From Bacteroidales bacterium (lineage in GTDB: Bacteria; Bacteroidota; Bacteroidia; Bacteroidales; FEN-979): a DNA stretch of 64,000 nt. The stretch is from positions 27,172-91,171 of the forward strand of contig JADGPR010000001.1 of assembly GCA_017882335.1 (NCBI GenBank). Direction: 5' to 3'. Positions 45,563-55,329 of the stretch are shown piece by piece. The number at the start of each line of letters is the position of its first letter. The first letter of the stretch is position 1. The notes below the pieces were generated by a model, which saw only the letters and a program-made list of their open reading frames with translations, ran no database searches and was not told the origin of the DNA. The translations under genes and the position numbers were made by a program.

Positions 45563-47437
45563 TTATCTGCCAAGATAAACAATTAATACGGAAATGTCGG
45601 CAGGAGAGACTCCGCTGATTCTTGATGCTTGTCCGATGGTTTCCGGCCTGACCCTGGAAAGTTTTTCCCGTGCCTCCATCGACAGGGAATTCAGCCCGTG
45701 ATAATCAAAATCAATACGAAGCGGGATATCTTCAAATTTTGCTAACTTATCCACGATCTCTTTTTCTTTTTCGATATAGTTCTCGTATTTCACCAGAATT
45801 TCGGCTTCTTCAAGTTCTTCATCCGAGATGTGTTTCGAATCACGAAATTCTGACAATGCCTTGCTTCCCATGATGAGATCAAAAATGTTGAGTTGAGGCC
45901 TCAATAACAAAGCATCCAATTTCGATCTCTGGGAAATGATCTGCGTATCATTTTGTTCCAGGATAGAATTGATCTCTTCCGGAACAATGCTTTCTTTCCT
46001 AAGGAAGTCGATGATTTGGGTTACATTTTTCGTTTTTTCTTCCGTTATTTCCATTCGTTCTTTTGAGGCAAGCCCTATTTTATGTGACAAAGGAGTAAGC
46101 CGGTGATCGGCATTATCCTGCCGAAGTAATAAACGGTATTCCGCCCGCGATGTGAACATCCGGTAAGGTTCATCCGTTCCTTTTGTGATCAGGTCGTCGA
46201 TAAGGACGCCAATATAGGCCTGTGAACGGGTGAGGATAAAAGGAGGTTTGCTGGTAATTTTAAGATGTGCGTTGATGCCGGCCATTAATCCCTGTGCTGC
46301 TGCTTCTTCATACCCTGTGGTACCGTTTATTTGTCCTGCGAAAAACAAGTTTTCAATTATTTTGGTTTCAAGGTTAAGCTTCAGCTGGTATGGAGGAAAG
46401 TAATCATATTCGATGGCATAGCCCGGCCGGAAAAATTTTACATTTTCAAATCCCGGGACTTTTTGCAATGCTTCAAACTGTATCTCTTCAGGAAGAGACG
46501 ACGAAAATCCATTTACATAGTATTCAACTGTATTCCATCCTTCCGGTTCCACAAAAAGCTGATGTCGTTCTTTGGTCGAAAAGCGTTCAATTTTATCTTC
46601 GATGGAAGGGCAATATCTCGGTCCCTTACCGGAAATTCTTCCGGTAAATAAAGGCGAACGGTCAAACCCTTTTCGCAGGATGGCATGTACCTCAAGGTTT
46701 GTATAGGCCAGGAAACAGCTTCTTTGTTTTGATAAATGTGGAGTCCCTGTAAAGGAAAATTTTCCGGGGATTTCATCTCCTTTTTGTTCTTCCATTTTTG
46801 AAAAATCCAGCGACCTGCCATCTACCCGAACGGGTGTACCTGTTTTCATTCTTCTTGATTCGAATCCCAGCTGCATCAGGTTTTCCGTCAGGCCAATGGA
46901 AGCGTTTTCGCCGATTCTTCCTCCTCCAAAGCTTTTTTCACCGATATGAATGATCCCATTAAGAAAAGTGCCGTTTGAAAGGACCACGGTTTTTGAGCGA
47001 AACTCCATTCCTAAACCTGTTCTGACACCCACTGCTCTTTTTCCTTCAATAACAACTTCGTGAACCATATCCTGCCAGAAATCAACCCCCCTGGTTTGTT
47101 CCAGCATTGATCGCCATTCTTCAGAAAACCGTGACCGGTCGTTTTGTGAACGCGGACTCCACATGGCAGGCCCTTTTGATTTATTCAGCATCCGGAACTG
47201 AATCATCGTATGGTCAGAAACAATACCTGTATATCCGCCCAATGCATCAATTTCACGAACGATCTGCCCCTTGGCGATTCCACCAATTGAAGGGTTGCAT
47301 GACATCTGGGCCATGTTCGTCATATTCATTGTGATCAGCAAAACTTTTGATCCAAGATTGGCTGCGGCTGCAGCTGCTTCACACCCTGCATGGCCGGCGC
47401 CTACGACAATGACATCATATCTGGGAAACTCATACAT
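45563..47437 (-). CDS. mnmG: tRNA uridine-5-carboxymethylaminomethyl(34) synthesis enzyme MnmG (GidA)
   Basis: Contains YDVIVVGAGHAGCEAA, FLAGQINGTTGYEEAAAQG and the C-terminal IRPGYAIEYDY block. The ATG at 47437 is preferred over 47461. Confidence 0.9.
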   Translation of the reverse strand: MYEFPRYDVIVVGAGHAGCEAAAAAANLGSKVLLITMNMTNMAQMSCNPSIGGIAKGQIVREIDALGGYTGIVSDHTMIQFRMLNKSKGPAMWSPRSQNDRSRFSEEWRSMLEQTRGVDFWQDMVHEVVIEGKRAVGVRTGLGMEFRSKTVVLSNGTFLNGIIHIGEKSFGGGRIGENASIGLTENLMQLGFESRRMKTGTPVRVDGRSLDFSKMEEQKGDEIPGKFSFTGTPHLSKQRSCFLAYTNLEVHAILRKGFDRSPLFTGRISGKGPRYCPSIEDKIERFSTKERHQLFVEPEGWNTVEYYVNGFSSSLPEEIQFEALQKVPGFENVKFFRPGYAIEYDYFPPYQLKLNLETKIIENLFFAGQINGTTGYEEAAAQGLMAGINAHLKITSKPPFILTRSQAYIGVLIDDLITKGTDEPYRMFTSRAEYRLLLRQDNADHRLTPLSHKIGLASKERMEITEEKTKNVTQIIDFLRKESIVPEEINSILEQNDTQIISQRSKLDALLLRPQLNIFDLIMGSKALSEFRDSKHISDEELEEAEILVKYENYIEKEKEIVDKLAKFEDIPLRIDFDYHGLNSLSMEAREKLSRVRPETIGQASRISGVSPADISVLIVYLGR

Positions 47438-47643
47438 GTTCCACGTGAAACATTCGTTCATAAAAGAGGTTGCAAAGATACGAAATGCTCAATAAATCGA
47501 GACTTCTCAAAGGTTTAAGATTGACAGGCCGGGAGAAAGCACTTAAAAATCAAAAGAAGTCCGGAAAACATATTATAAAATTATAAAACACTGATATTCT
47601 GTGATTTAATATGTTTTTCCTTAGTTAAGAAGCGATTATCCGG

Positions 47644-48078
47644 CTATCCTGGCGAATTATTCTTTTCCAGGTAGTGATCTTCCCGTTCTGTCATGATTTT
47701 TTTCTTCTTCTTTCCATGATCAGAATAGCCGATGAGGTGGAGAACACCATGAACCATTACCCTTTGTAACTCTTTCTCAAAATCCTGCCGAAATTCGGCC
47801 GCATTTTCCATAACCCTGTCGATGCTGATAAAAATATCGCCGGAAATAGTATCGGGGTTGTCCTGGTATGGGAAAGTGAGAATATCGGTAAGCATTTCGT
47901 GCCGCAGATAAGTCTTGTTAAGCTCCAGCAGGTATTCGTCGCTGCAAAAGATGAAATTGAGGTACCAGGGTTTTTTCTTTTCTTCCCGGATGACGACATT
48001 CAGCCATTTACGGATGCCTGTTTTATTCTTTAGAGTAAAAGGAATGCCTTCACTGAAAAACTGGATCGGGGAACTCAC
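47644..48078 (-). CDS. ybeY: rRNA maturation endoribonuclease YbeY
   Basis: Zinc motif HGVLHLIGYSDH. The product is 144 aa. Confidence 0.9.
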   Translation of the reverse strand: MSSPIQFFSEGIPFTLKNKTGIRKWLNVVIREEKKKPWYLNFIFCSDEYLLELNKTYLRHEMLTDILTFPYQDNPDTISGDIFISIDRVMENAAEFRQDFEKELQRVMVHGVLHLIGYSDHGKKKKKIMTEREDHYLEKNNSPG

Positions 48079-48088
48079 ATCCTTGGTA

Positions 48089-48574
48089 TTAAGCCAGCGA
48101 TTTTTGTTTGTTGAAATACCGGTGAATCTGTGATATCCTGTTCAGCGTGGTTTCCTGGTTTATGGTAGAAATGAAAAATACGATCTCGACAACATTTCCT
48201 TTGGAATTATAGGATACCTGATCGGCAAGCGAGCGGATCAGGAAAATGCCTTTCCCTGCATTTTCTGCCAGACCATTGGCGTCTTCAATCGGGTTCGGTA
48301 CATTCCTGAAATTAAATCCCTCACCCTGGTCTTTTATTGTGAAACAAAGTCCGTTGGGTACGCTTTTAAAAGAAATCTTCACTTGTTTTTCCGGATTATT
48401 TTTGTTTCCATGCAGGATGGCATTTTTCACGGCTTCGAGGATCGCCATCAGGATGTTGCCATAATAAGAATTGGTTATGTAGTATGCCTCACAGATCCCG
48501 TCCACGAAACTTTCCACCCTGGTCAGGCTTTCGTTGCTGGAGGGAATCTTTAATTCTTTAAAAATCCTGTTCAT
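48089..48574 (-). CDS. HATPase_c-type ATP-binding protein (RsbW/SpoIIAB-like anti-sigma-factor kinase fold)
   Basis: Contains ILEAVKNAILHGNK (N-box-like) and DQGEGF...GKGIFLIRSL (G-boxes). The likely start is MNRIFKEL at 48574. A 10-bp gap separates it from each flanking gene. Confidence 0.65.
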   Translation of the reverse strand: MNRIFKELKIPSSNESLTRVESFVDGICEAYYITNSYYGNILMAILEAVKNAILHGNKNNPEKQVKISFKSVPNGLCFTIKDQGEGFNFRNVPNPIEDANGLAENAGKGIFLIRSLADQVSYNSKGNVVEIVFFISTINQETTLNRISQIHRYFNKQKSLA

Positions 48575-48584
48575 TGATAGAATT

Positions 48585-51500
48585 TTATTCAAATTTAAGA
48601 AAGTAACTGTTGATCTTATTTTTATAATAATAATTATAAGATGGCTGAACACTCTTTAAAAGGTCCGTCGCCGCGTTTTTAATACTGTTATACTTTAAAT
48701 TTGAAAAAGGGTTACTTATTTGGGGATTTTTTGCTTCAGTAGATTGCCTTTTTTCTTCCTCGCCTCTTTTCATTTCTGCTTTTTCCGATTCCAGCATGCG
48801 TGTCAGGATTTCCTGCTGGCGGTTAATTGTTTCCTGAACGATTTTTTTGTTGACCAGGTCTTTTTGCGTTTCCTCCATTTTTTTCATCATATCGCTCATG
48901 GCTCCTCCGTCCTTGATACCTTCTTCATTGAGCTGGTCCGCGTAATTACTCATTTCGTTCCGGATCGCTTCCTGCTGGGCGGCCAACTTTGCCAGTTTTT
49001 CGCTCATCCCTTTCTGGCCTGAACTGCCTGGTTTTTGCTGACCGTTTTTCATCGATTCCATTTCCTTTTTCAAACCCTGCATCTGTTTACTGAGCTGTTC
49101 CTGCATTCCCCGCATGGATTTCATCGACATCTTTTTCCCTTTTCCACCGGGCTTGTTGCATTTGCCTGAACCCTGCATTGAACTTTGCATGTTTGATTCC
49201 ATTTGTTTCATCACTTCCGACAGCATCAGGGCCAGGTTGTTCACCGAGGTCATTACGAATTGCTGCTTTACGGCAGCAGTGGACACATTCCGATTATTCA
49301 GGTTTATTACGGCATCGCTGATATTGTTGTTGATGGAGGAAATTTCGCGGAGGATGAACGGCTTGATCATCATTTCCCTTTTTGCCAACTGGTATAGGGA
49401 ATCTTCAACCGAACCCAGGTCTTCTTTCAGGTTATTCTGATCCTGGATCAGTGTCAGATACTTAGGATCGCTTTTATTGATGACTTTTGTACGGCTCATC
49501 AGGTCTTCCTGGTCAAACGATATTCTGACAAGGTTTTCGAGGATCTGTCGTAGCATCGCCAGGTCTTCCTCGTTTTGCATCGACTCCATTCCATCCTTCG
49601 CCGACTGCAGTTTCTGCGACATGGCACTCATTTTTTTTGAGGCATTCTTTTGCGATTTGCTGGCCGCTTTTTTATCGTTTTTATCCATCGACTCCATCGA
49701 ATTGTTCAGGTCGTTGTCGATATCCTGTTCATCCTTGCTCAGATCAGGTAATTCGTTTGGCTCCTGGAGTTCTTTATTCTTTTCCTGCAGTTCATCCAAA
49801 TTCTTTTTGGTGTCGTCAAATTTCTTGTTGATCTCCTTCTGCTGGTTTTGAAGATGGTCTTTGTCGATTTTTTTATCCGGCGTTGATTCTGACAGCTGAT
49901 TCTGCTTTTCTGAAAGTTCTTTCAGCTTATCTATCGATTCGCTGAGTTTTTTATCAAATTCCGCCTGTTTCAGTAGTTCCAGGTTCCGATCGAGTTCTTT
50001 TTCAATATCTTTATTACTCATCTTCAGCTTTTCAAGCATCTGACTAATCTGGTTCTTGTCGATCTTGTCAAGCATGTTTCTCAGTTCTTCAGCCAGTTTC
50101 TTTGTTTCATCGCTCATCACTTCATTAAACAGTTCGTTCAGCTGGTTCTGTTTATCTAAAATTGATTGGTCAACGCTTTTGAATTGCTCTTCCAGGCTGT
50201 TTTTCTGCTCGTATTGTTGTTGGATTTTCTCCAGGTTTTCCTTGATCTGATTTTGTTTATCCAGAAGGTCCTGGATTTGCTTTTTATCCTGCCAGGATAG
50301 GGTGTTCTTTTCCACCAGTTTTTTGTTCAGTTCATCGATCTTCTTTTGCAGATCTTTTGCTTCTTTAGCCGCACTCTGGATGCTGGAGGCTATATTCTGT
50401 TCCTGCTGTGAAGTGGTTTTTTCGATTTCTTCCAAGGTCGGTGCCTTGTACTTCAACAATCCCGACCGTGCACATTTCGGCCCGTGCAATCCATCGTTAT
50501 CACAAACCTCAAAATAATAATTCAGCTCGTCTCCCGGGTTTTTCACCCATTCATTGATGTCAAGGGAATAATAAAACGACTGCTGGTTAAGTGTTTTATT
50601 TAAGACCAGGTTTGTCGTTTTGCTTTCTTTGATGGAGGTATCATTTCCGTGGATCAGCGTACTGGTAAATGCCAGCCGTGAAAAACCATAATCATCCCTT
50701 ATCACGCCCTGGAAAAACATCCGCGATGACAGGATTGTGTCTTTCTGTTGTTCGACCATGATCATTGGATAGGCATCCGGTATCACGGTTATCGTAAAGG
50801 AAAGTGAATCCTGCTGCCGTTTGTAGGAATTGTCCGCTTTCATGGAATAGAAAGTGCTCCTGGAAAATGCTGCGGTATATTCAAAGGCATTGCTTTCCTG
50901 CTTATTCAGGTATTTTGTTTCTTTGTCGAAACGTACCAGGATATGATCGACATCCTTTGTAAAAAATTTCCAGTTCACCCGTGTACCTTCCGGTATGATC
51001 AGGTCGCCGGTATTTTCGAGGATCTCATTTTTCCGGTTCAGATAGGGCGGATAAGATAATCCTGTTTCAAAACTCAATATGGTAGGTTTCGGGTAAACCT
51101 TAAGTTCGAATTCTTCGGATTTATATTTCCCGGTTTCCAGGCGAAATTTTTCGGATTTCTGAAGTGTCTTGAAAGTATAAGAAAAAAGGATCCGGCTTAT
51201 TTTATTCAGTTTATAGGAAACCCCTTCATTTTCCAGAAAAACATCATCCGGAAGTTTATCGCCGGTCACCTTGATATTCAGTGTAAAATCTTCCTGCTGA
51301 AATGCTTCCAGGCTTTTATTCAGGATCAGCATGTGGAACGGCATTTCTGCGACATATACTTTTGAATAGTGCAGGATCCTTTCTGATGGCTTCGTGATCA
51401 TGGAAGGTGCGATGAGCATAAGGAGCAGGAAGACAAAAAGTGGTGGAAGCGCATATTTCAGGAATTTTCTGTTTTTTGTAAGGTCGATGGCGCGAATGAA

Positions 51501-51932
51501 TGGGACCGGCCTGAGCTGGGTGATCTTCTGGTCGATGCCGGCCCTGAGCAGTTCGAAGTTTTCTTCCCCTGATTCTTCGAGTTTCTTCAGTTGCAGGGTG
51601 TTTAAAAGCTTATCTTTTATTTCCCCGAAATGTTTTCCGATGATTGTTGCCGCCTGTTCGTGGGAGATGATTTTCCCTATCTTCCGGATTTTCAGGAGCG
51701 GGTCTGCAACAAAATACAGCAAGGCAGAACCATTCAGGAAGACAAACAGGTAAAACAGAATGGATCTGGGAACCGTTCCAAAGTGCCAGAAATACTCGAG
51801 GGTTACAAAGAGGAGATACGAAACAAGCAGGATCGCAAGGAACAGCAGTGAGCCCCTGATAAGCTGGTTTCTGTAATACTTCCTGATGAATTCATCAAGT
51901 TTGCGGATCACTATCTGGTAATTGTCCGTCAT
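48585..51932 (-). CDS. Giant membrane-anchored protein with a roughly 550-aa K/E/Q/N-rich coiled-coil region (possibly DUF4175-like)
   Basis: Three N-terminal TM helices and a beta-rich middle region. A very long low-complexity charged helix region follows (…KKIDELNKKLVEKN…QQYEQKN…KELQEPNELPDLSKDEQD…). The family name is from memory only, and the start (51932 vs 51998) is uncertain. Confidence 0.6.
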   Translation of the reverse strand: MTDNYQIVIRKLDEFIRKYYRNQLIRGSLLFLAILLVSYLLFVTLEYFWHFGTVPRSILFYLFVFLNGSALLYFVADPLLKIRKIGKIISHEQAATIIGKHFGEIKDKLLNTLQLKKLEESGEENFELLRAGIDQKITQLRPVPFIRAIDLTKNRKFLKYALPPLFVFLLLMLIAPSMITKPSERILHYSKVYVAEMPFHMLILNKSLEAFQQEDFTLNIKVTGDKLPDDVFLENEGVSYKLNKISRILFSYTFKTLQKSEKFRLETGKYKSEEFELKVYPKPTILSFETGLSYPPYLNRKNEILENTGDLIIPEGTRVNWKFFTKDVDHILVRFDKETKYLNKQESNAFEYTAAFSRSTFYSMKADNSYKRQQDSLSFTITVIPDAYPMIMVEQQKDTILSSRMFFQGVIRDDYGFSRLAFTSTLIHGNDTSIKESKTTNLVLNKTLNQQSFYYSLDINEWVKNPGDELNYYFEVCDNDGLHGPKCARSGLLKYKAPTLEEIEKTTSQQEQNIASSIQSAAKEAKDLQKKIDELNKKLVEKNTLSWQDKKQIQDLLDKQNQIKENLEKIQQQYEQKNSLEEQFKSVDQSILDKQNQLNELFNEVMSDETKKLAEELRNMLDKIDKNQISQMLEKLKMSNKDIEKELDRNLELLKQAEFDKKLSESIDKLKELSEKQNQLSESTPDKKIDKDHLQNQQKEINKKFDDTKKNLDELQEKNKELQEPNELPDLSKDEQDIDNDLNNSMESMDKNDKKAASKSQKNASKKMSAMSQKLQSAKDGMESMQNEEDLAMLRQILENLVRISFDQEDLMSRTKVINKSDPKYLTLIQDQNNLKEDLGSVEDSLYQLAKREMMIKPFILREISSINNNISDAVINLNNRNVSTAAVKQQFVMTSVNNLALMLSEVMKQMESNMQSSMQGSGKCNKPGGKGKKMSMKSMRGMQEQLSKQMQGLKKEMESMKNGQQKPGSSGQKGMSEKLAKLAAQQEAIRNEMSNYADQLNEEGIKDGGAMSDMMKKMEETQKDLVNKKIVQETINRQQEILTRMLESEKAEMKRGEEEKRQSTEAKNPQISNPFSNLKYNSIKNAATDLLKSVQPSYNYYYKNKINSYFLKFE

Positions 51933-52073
51933 GGTATCTTTAACTTCCTTAAGAACGGCAACCTTTGTCTTTTTATTTTTGCTGCAAAGGTACCTCATTC
52001 CTGAATCATCCCATTTGAATCCCGGGAAAATTAAGCTATTTTTGCTGTACTAAACCAATATCTCATCGTATCA

Positions 52074-52670
52074 ATGGAGCTCTTTTTCTCTGACAAAAAA
52101 CCGGTAGGTCGTTCATATAAGGAACAACGGCTGAAACAGAAGGCAAAAGTTTTATGGATGACAGGATTGTCGGGTTCCGGCAAAACCACTATTGGACTGG
52201 CGCTTGAGAAAGAACTTTACAAACGGGGATTTCTCGTAATGCTGCTTGACGGGGACCTTGTCAGGACTGGCATCAATAATAACCTGAAATTTTCAGTGGA
52301 GGACAGGAAAGAAAACATACGGCGGATCGCTGAAGTCAGCAAGCTTTTTGTGAATTGCGGTGTTGTGACCATCAATTGTTTTATCAGTCCTACGAATGAG
52401 ATCCGGGCGATGGCAAAGAACCTCATCGGTAAAGACGATTTTCTTGAGGTTTTTATCAGCGCACCGATTGAGATCTGTGAAACCCGCGATGTAAAAGGCT
52501 TGTACGCAAAGGCCCGGAAGGGAGAAATCCCGGAGTTTACCGGAATCAGTTCCCCTTTTGATATTCCCCCGGATCCGGATCTTGTTTTAAAAACCGACCA
52601 GATGAGTGTGGAAGAATCGGTGCAATGTGCATTGGAATTCTTTCTGCCAAAAATCACTTTACAGGAATAG
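52074..52670 (+). CDS. cysC: Adenylyl-sulfate (APS) kinase
   Basis: Contains VLWMTGLSGSGKTT (P-loop), LDGDLVR and FISP...R...R. Confidence 0.85.
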   Translation: MELFFSDKKPVGRSYKEQRLKQKAKVLWMTGLSGSGKTTIGLALEKELYKRGFLVMLLDGDLVRTGINNNLKFSVEDRKENIRRIAEVSKLFVNCGVVTINCFISPTNEIRAMAKNLIGKDDFLEVFISAPIEICETRDVKGLYAKARKGEIPEFTGISSPFDIPPDPDLVLKTDQMSVEESVQCALEFFLPKITLQE

Positions 52671-52673
52671 CTT

Positions 52674-54212
52674 ATGAACGATCAGAAAATACGGGTACGG
52701 TTTGCACCCAGTCCGACGGGTCCTCTTCACATCGGCGGCGTAAGGACTGCATTGTACAATTACCTGTTTGCCCGCAAACACGGCGGAAAGGTGATCCTCC
52801 GCATTGAAGATACCGATCAGAACCGGTATGTAAAGGGCGCTGAGGATTATATCGTTGAATCGCTTAACTGGTGTGGGATCCTGTTTGATGAGGATATTGT
52901 AAACGGGGGACCTTACGGTCCCTACCGGCAGTCGGAACGGAAACACATCTACCGGGAATATGCCGAGCAACTTGTTCGACATGGGTATGCTTATTATGCC
53001 TTTGATACTCCCGAAGAACTGGATGTGATGCGCGAGAAGGAGAAAAATAATGACGTCCACCTTTCCCAATACGGGCCGTTCACGAGGCTTGGCATGAAAA
53101 ATTCACTCTCGCTGTCGCAAGATGAAGTCAAACAGCGAATTGCCTCCGGCGAACCCTATGTCATCCGGATCAAGATACCGGAAAATGAAGAGATCCATGT
53201 TAATGACCTGATCCGCGGTGATGTTTTGGTACAATCGTCGAGTCTGGACGATAAAGTCTTGTTCAAATCTGACGGGTGGCCAACCTATCACCTTGCCAAT
53301 ATTGTAGACGACCACCTGATGGAGATTTCCCATGTAATCCGCGGCGAAGAATGGCTTCCTTCCGCACCGTTGCACGTTTTGCTTTACCGTTATTTTGGAT
53401 GGGAAGAAACCATGCCGGAGTTTGCCCATCTGCCGTTGTTGCTCAAGCCCGACGGCAACGGAAAACTCAGCAAAAGGGATGGCGACCGTCTCGGGTTCCC
53501 GGTTTTCCCACTGCAGTGGATGGATCCTGTAACAAAAGACATTTCTTCCGGTTATCGAGAATCCGGCTATCTGCCTGATGCGTTTGTGAATATGCTGGCA
53601 TTCCTGGGATGGAACCCGGGAACAGAACAGGAATTATTTACGATGGATGGGCTGATCCATGAATTCTCCTTGGAAAGGGTTGGGAAACACGGTTCAAAAT
53701 TCGATCCTGAAAAAGCCCGCTGGTACAACCATCAATACCTTGTTAAAAAACCGGAAAAAGAACTCATTGGCCTCCTGAAACAGGAACTTGAAAAGAGGAA
53801 CCTTCATTTTGAAGATCCTTTTATAGCTACCGTTATTCACTTGATAAAAGAGCGGGCCAATCTTATTCCCGACCTCTGGAACAATTCCTGTTTTTTCTTT
53901 CTTCCCCCAACGGCTTATGATGAACATGTCGTTAAGAAGGTCTGGAATCCCCCGCCGGTAGTGTTTGCTCTTTTGACCTCCTTCCTAAAAGAGGCAGAGG
54001 CCATTTCAGAATGGAACCATGATCAGGTATATGCATTTATCCAGGATTTTGTCTCCCGGAAAGACATGAAGATGGGACAGCTGATGAATCCCTTGCGCCT
54101 GCTTATGGCAGGGAATAATCAGGGCCCAGGAATCATGGATATTGCCACCACGCTGGGGAAGGAAGAATTTCTGAAAAGAATTGAAACCGGACTGGGAAAA
54201 ATGCCCCGATAG
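52674..54212 (+). CDS. gltX: Glutamate--tRNA ligase
   Basis: Contains RFAPSPTGPLHIGG (HIGH) and KLSKRD (KMSKS). Confidence 0.9.
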   Translation: MNDQKIRVRFAPSPTGPLHIGGVRTALYNYLFARKHGGKVILRIEDTDQNRYVKGAEDYIVESLNWCGILFDEDIVNGGPYGPYRQSERKHIYREYAEQLVRHGYAYYAFDTPEELDVMREKEKNNDVHLSQYGPFTRLGMKNSLSLSQDEVKQRIASGEPYVIRIKIPENEEIHVNDLIRGDVLVQSSSLDDKVLFKSDGWPTYHLANIVDDHLMEISHVIRGEEWLPSAPLHVLLYRYFGWEETMPEFAHLPLLLKPDGNGKLSKRDGDRLGFPVFPLQWMDPVTKDISSGYRESGYLPDAFVNMLAFLGWNPGTEQELFTMDGLIHEFSLERVGKHGSKFDPEKARWYNHQYLVKKPEKELIGLLKQELEKRNLHFEDPFIATVIHLIKERANLIPDLWNNSCFFFLPPTAYDEHVVKKVWNPPPVVFALLTSFLKEAEAISEWNHDQVYAFIQDFVSRKDMKMGQLMNPLRLLMAGNNQGPGIMDIATTLGKEEFLKRIETGLGKMPR

Positions 54213-54267
54213 CGTCTTACTTTTGCAAAAAGTTTTATTTCCGTGTAAAATCAACCATAATATACAA

Positions 54268-55119
54268 ATGAAAAATATCAGTAAAACCAAAAAGATCCTG
54301 ATCGGCATTGCCCTGATCCTGCTGCTGCTGATCACCGGAGGTTCCATGTACCTGTATCCGGCATATATGTTTTTCTTTCAAACAGAAACACAGCTATTGG
54401 ATAAAGACCTGACCCTTGTGCTCGGGGGTGGGGGCAACAGCGGCATCCTGGTTACCGATAAGGCCGTGGTGGTGATCGATACAAAAATGGGCGGAGATGC
54501 CGAGGGTCTGTTTAAACTGGCCCATGAGAAAGCCGCAGGAAAAACAATTCTTGTGATCAACACGCATTACCATGGAGATCATGTGAATGGGAATCATTTC
54601 TACAAAGGATCCCGGATCTATATCGGGAATTACGACAGGGGTTTCCTTAAAAAAGAGGTGGATCCCGATGATATGCCGACGGATTTTGTAAAAGACAGCC
54701 TTTTTCTTGACCTGGGCAATGAAACTATTATGCTGTATGATCTTGGGCAGGCACACACTTTTCACGATGTAGTCGTTTACCTGAAGAACCGGAAGGTATT
54801 GTTTTCCGGCGACCTGATTTTCCATCATATCAATCCTTTTCTGAAAAATGAAAGCGGCGCCAATGTGGATAAATGGATGGCCTCCCTCAATGTGATTTTG
54901 AATAAGTTCAAACTGGAAAAGGTTGTCCCCGGCCATGGGACTACCGGCGGGAAAGAAATGGTTCAGTCGATGGTTAACTATTTCGGAGATATGAAAGTTG
55001 CGGCGAAAGATCCTGCCAGGGCAAGTGAACTTAAGGCGAAATACAAAGACTGGGTAGAACTGCCCATGATGACTTCTTCCCAGGCAACTATTGATTACAT
55101 CCGGAAGGCTGGCCACTGA
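54268..55119 (+). CDS. MBL-fold metallo-hydrolase, membrane-anchored or secreted
   Basis: N-terminal helix KILIGIALILLLLITGG. Contains the HxHxDH-type motif NTHYHGDHVNGN and a later PGHG. The ATG at 54268 is preferred because the ORF-track start at 54181 overlaps gltX. Confidence 0.8.
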   Translation: MKNISKTKKILIGIALILLLLITGGSMYLYPAYMFFFQTETQLLDKDLTLVLGGGGNSGILVTDKAVVVIDTKMGGDAEGLFKLAHEKAAGKTILVINTHYHGDHVNGNHFYKGSRIYIGNYDRGFLKKEVDPDDMPTDFVKDSLFLDLGNETIMLYDLGQAHTFHDVVVYLKNRKVLFSGDLIFHHINPFLKNESGANVDKWMASLNVILNKFKLEKVVPGHGTTGGKEMVQSMVNYFGDMKVAAKDPARASELKAKYKDWVELPMMTSSQATIDYIRKAGH

Positions 55120-55164
55120 TCTGCCAAGCATCATGCTCACGATGGATATCCGTAACGAATAAAT

Positions 55165-55207
55165 AATAAACCCCGAAAATGCATTGTTCACGGGGTTTAT
55201 TATTTCT
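55165..55207. terminator. Bidirectional intrinsic terminator between the MBL gene and tRNA-Gln
   Basis: aataaaccccg (55165-55175) pairs with cggggtttatt (55191-55201). Both flanks are AT-rich. Confidence 0.65.
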
Positions 55208-55211
55208 ATCA

Positions 55212-55286
55212 GTTGTCCGACTAGGGGTCGAACCTAGACTCTAATGATCCAGAATCATTTGTGTTGCCAGTTACACCATCGGACAA
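55212..55286 (-). tRNA. tRNA-Gln (anticodon CTG)
   Basis: Hand-folded cloverleaf. Acceptor stem TTGTCCG/CGGACAA. Anticodon stem AATGA/TCATT with loop TTCTGGA (anticodon CTG). T-arm with GGTTCGA. No CCA is encoded. Confidence 0.85.
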
Positions 55287-55329
55287 TCTGTGTGCAAAAT
55301 TAAGAAATTTTTTACAAAAATGTCAACGT

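Noticed and set aside
54394-55191. A 265-aa minus-strand ORF antisense to the MBL hydrolase gene.
   Set aside because: The plus-strand gene has the HxHxDH metallo-beta-lactamase motif and a signal/anchor. The antisense product has no recognisable motif and looks like a shadow ORF.
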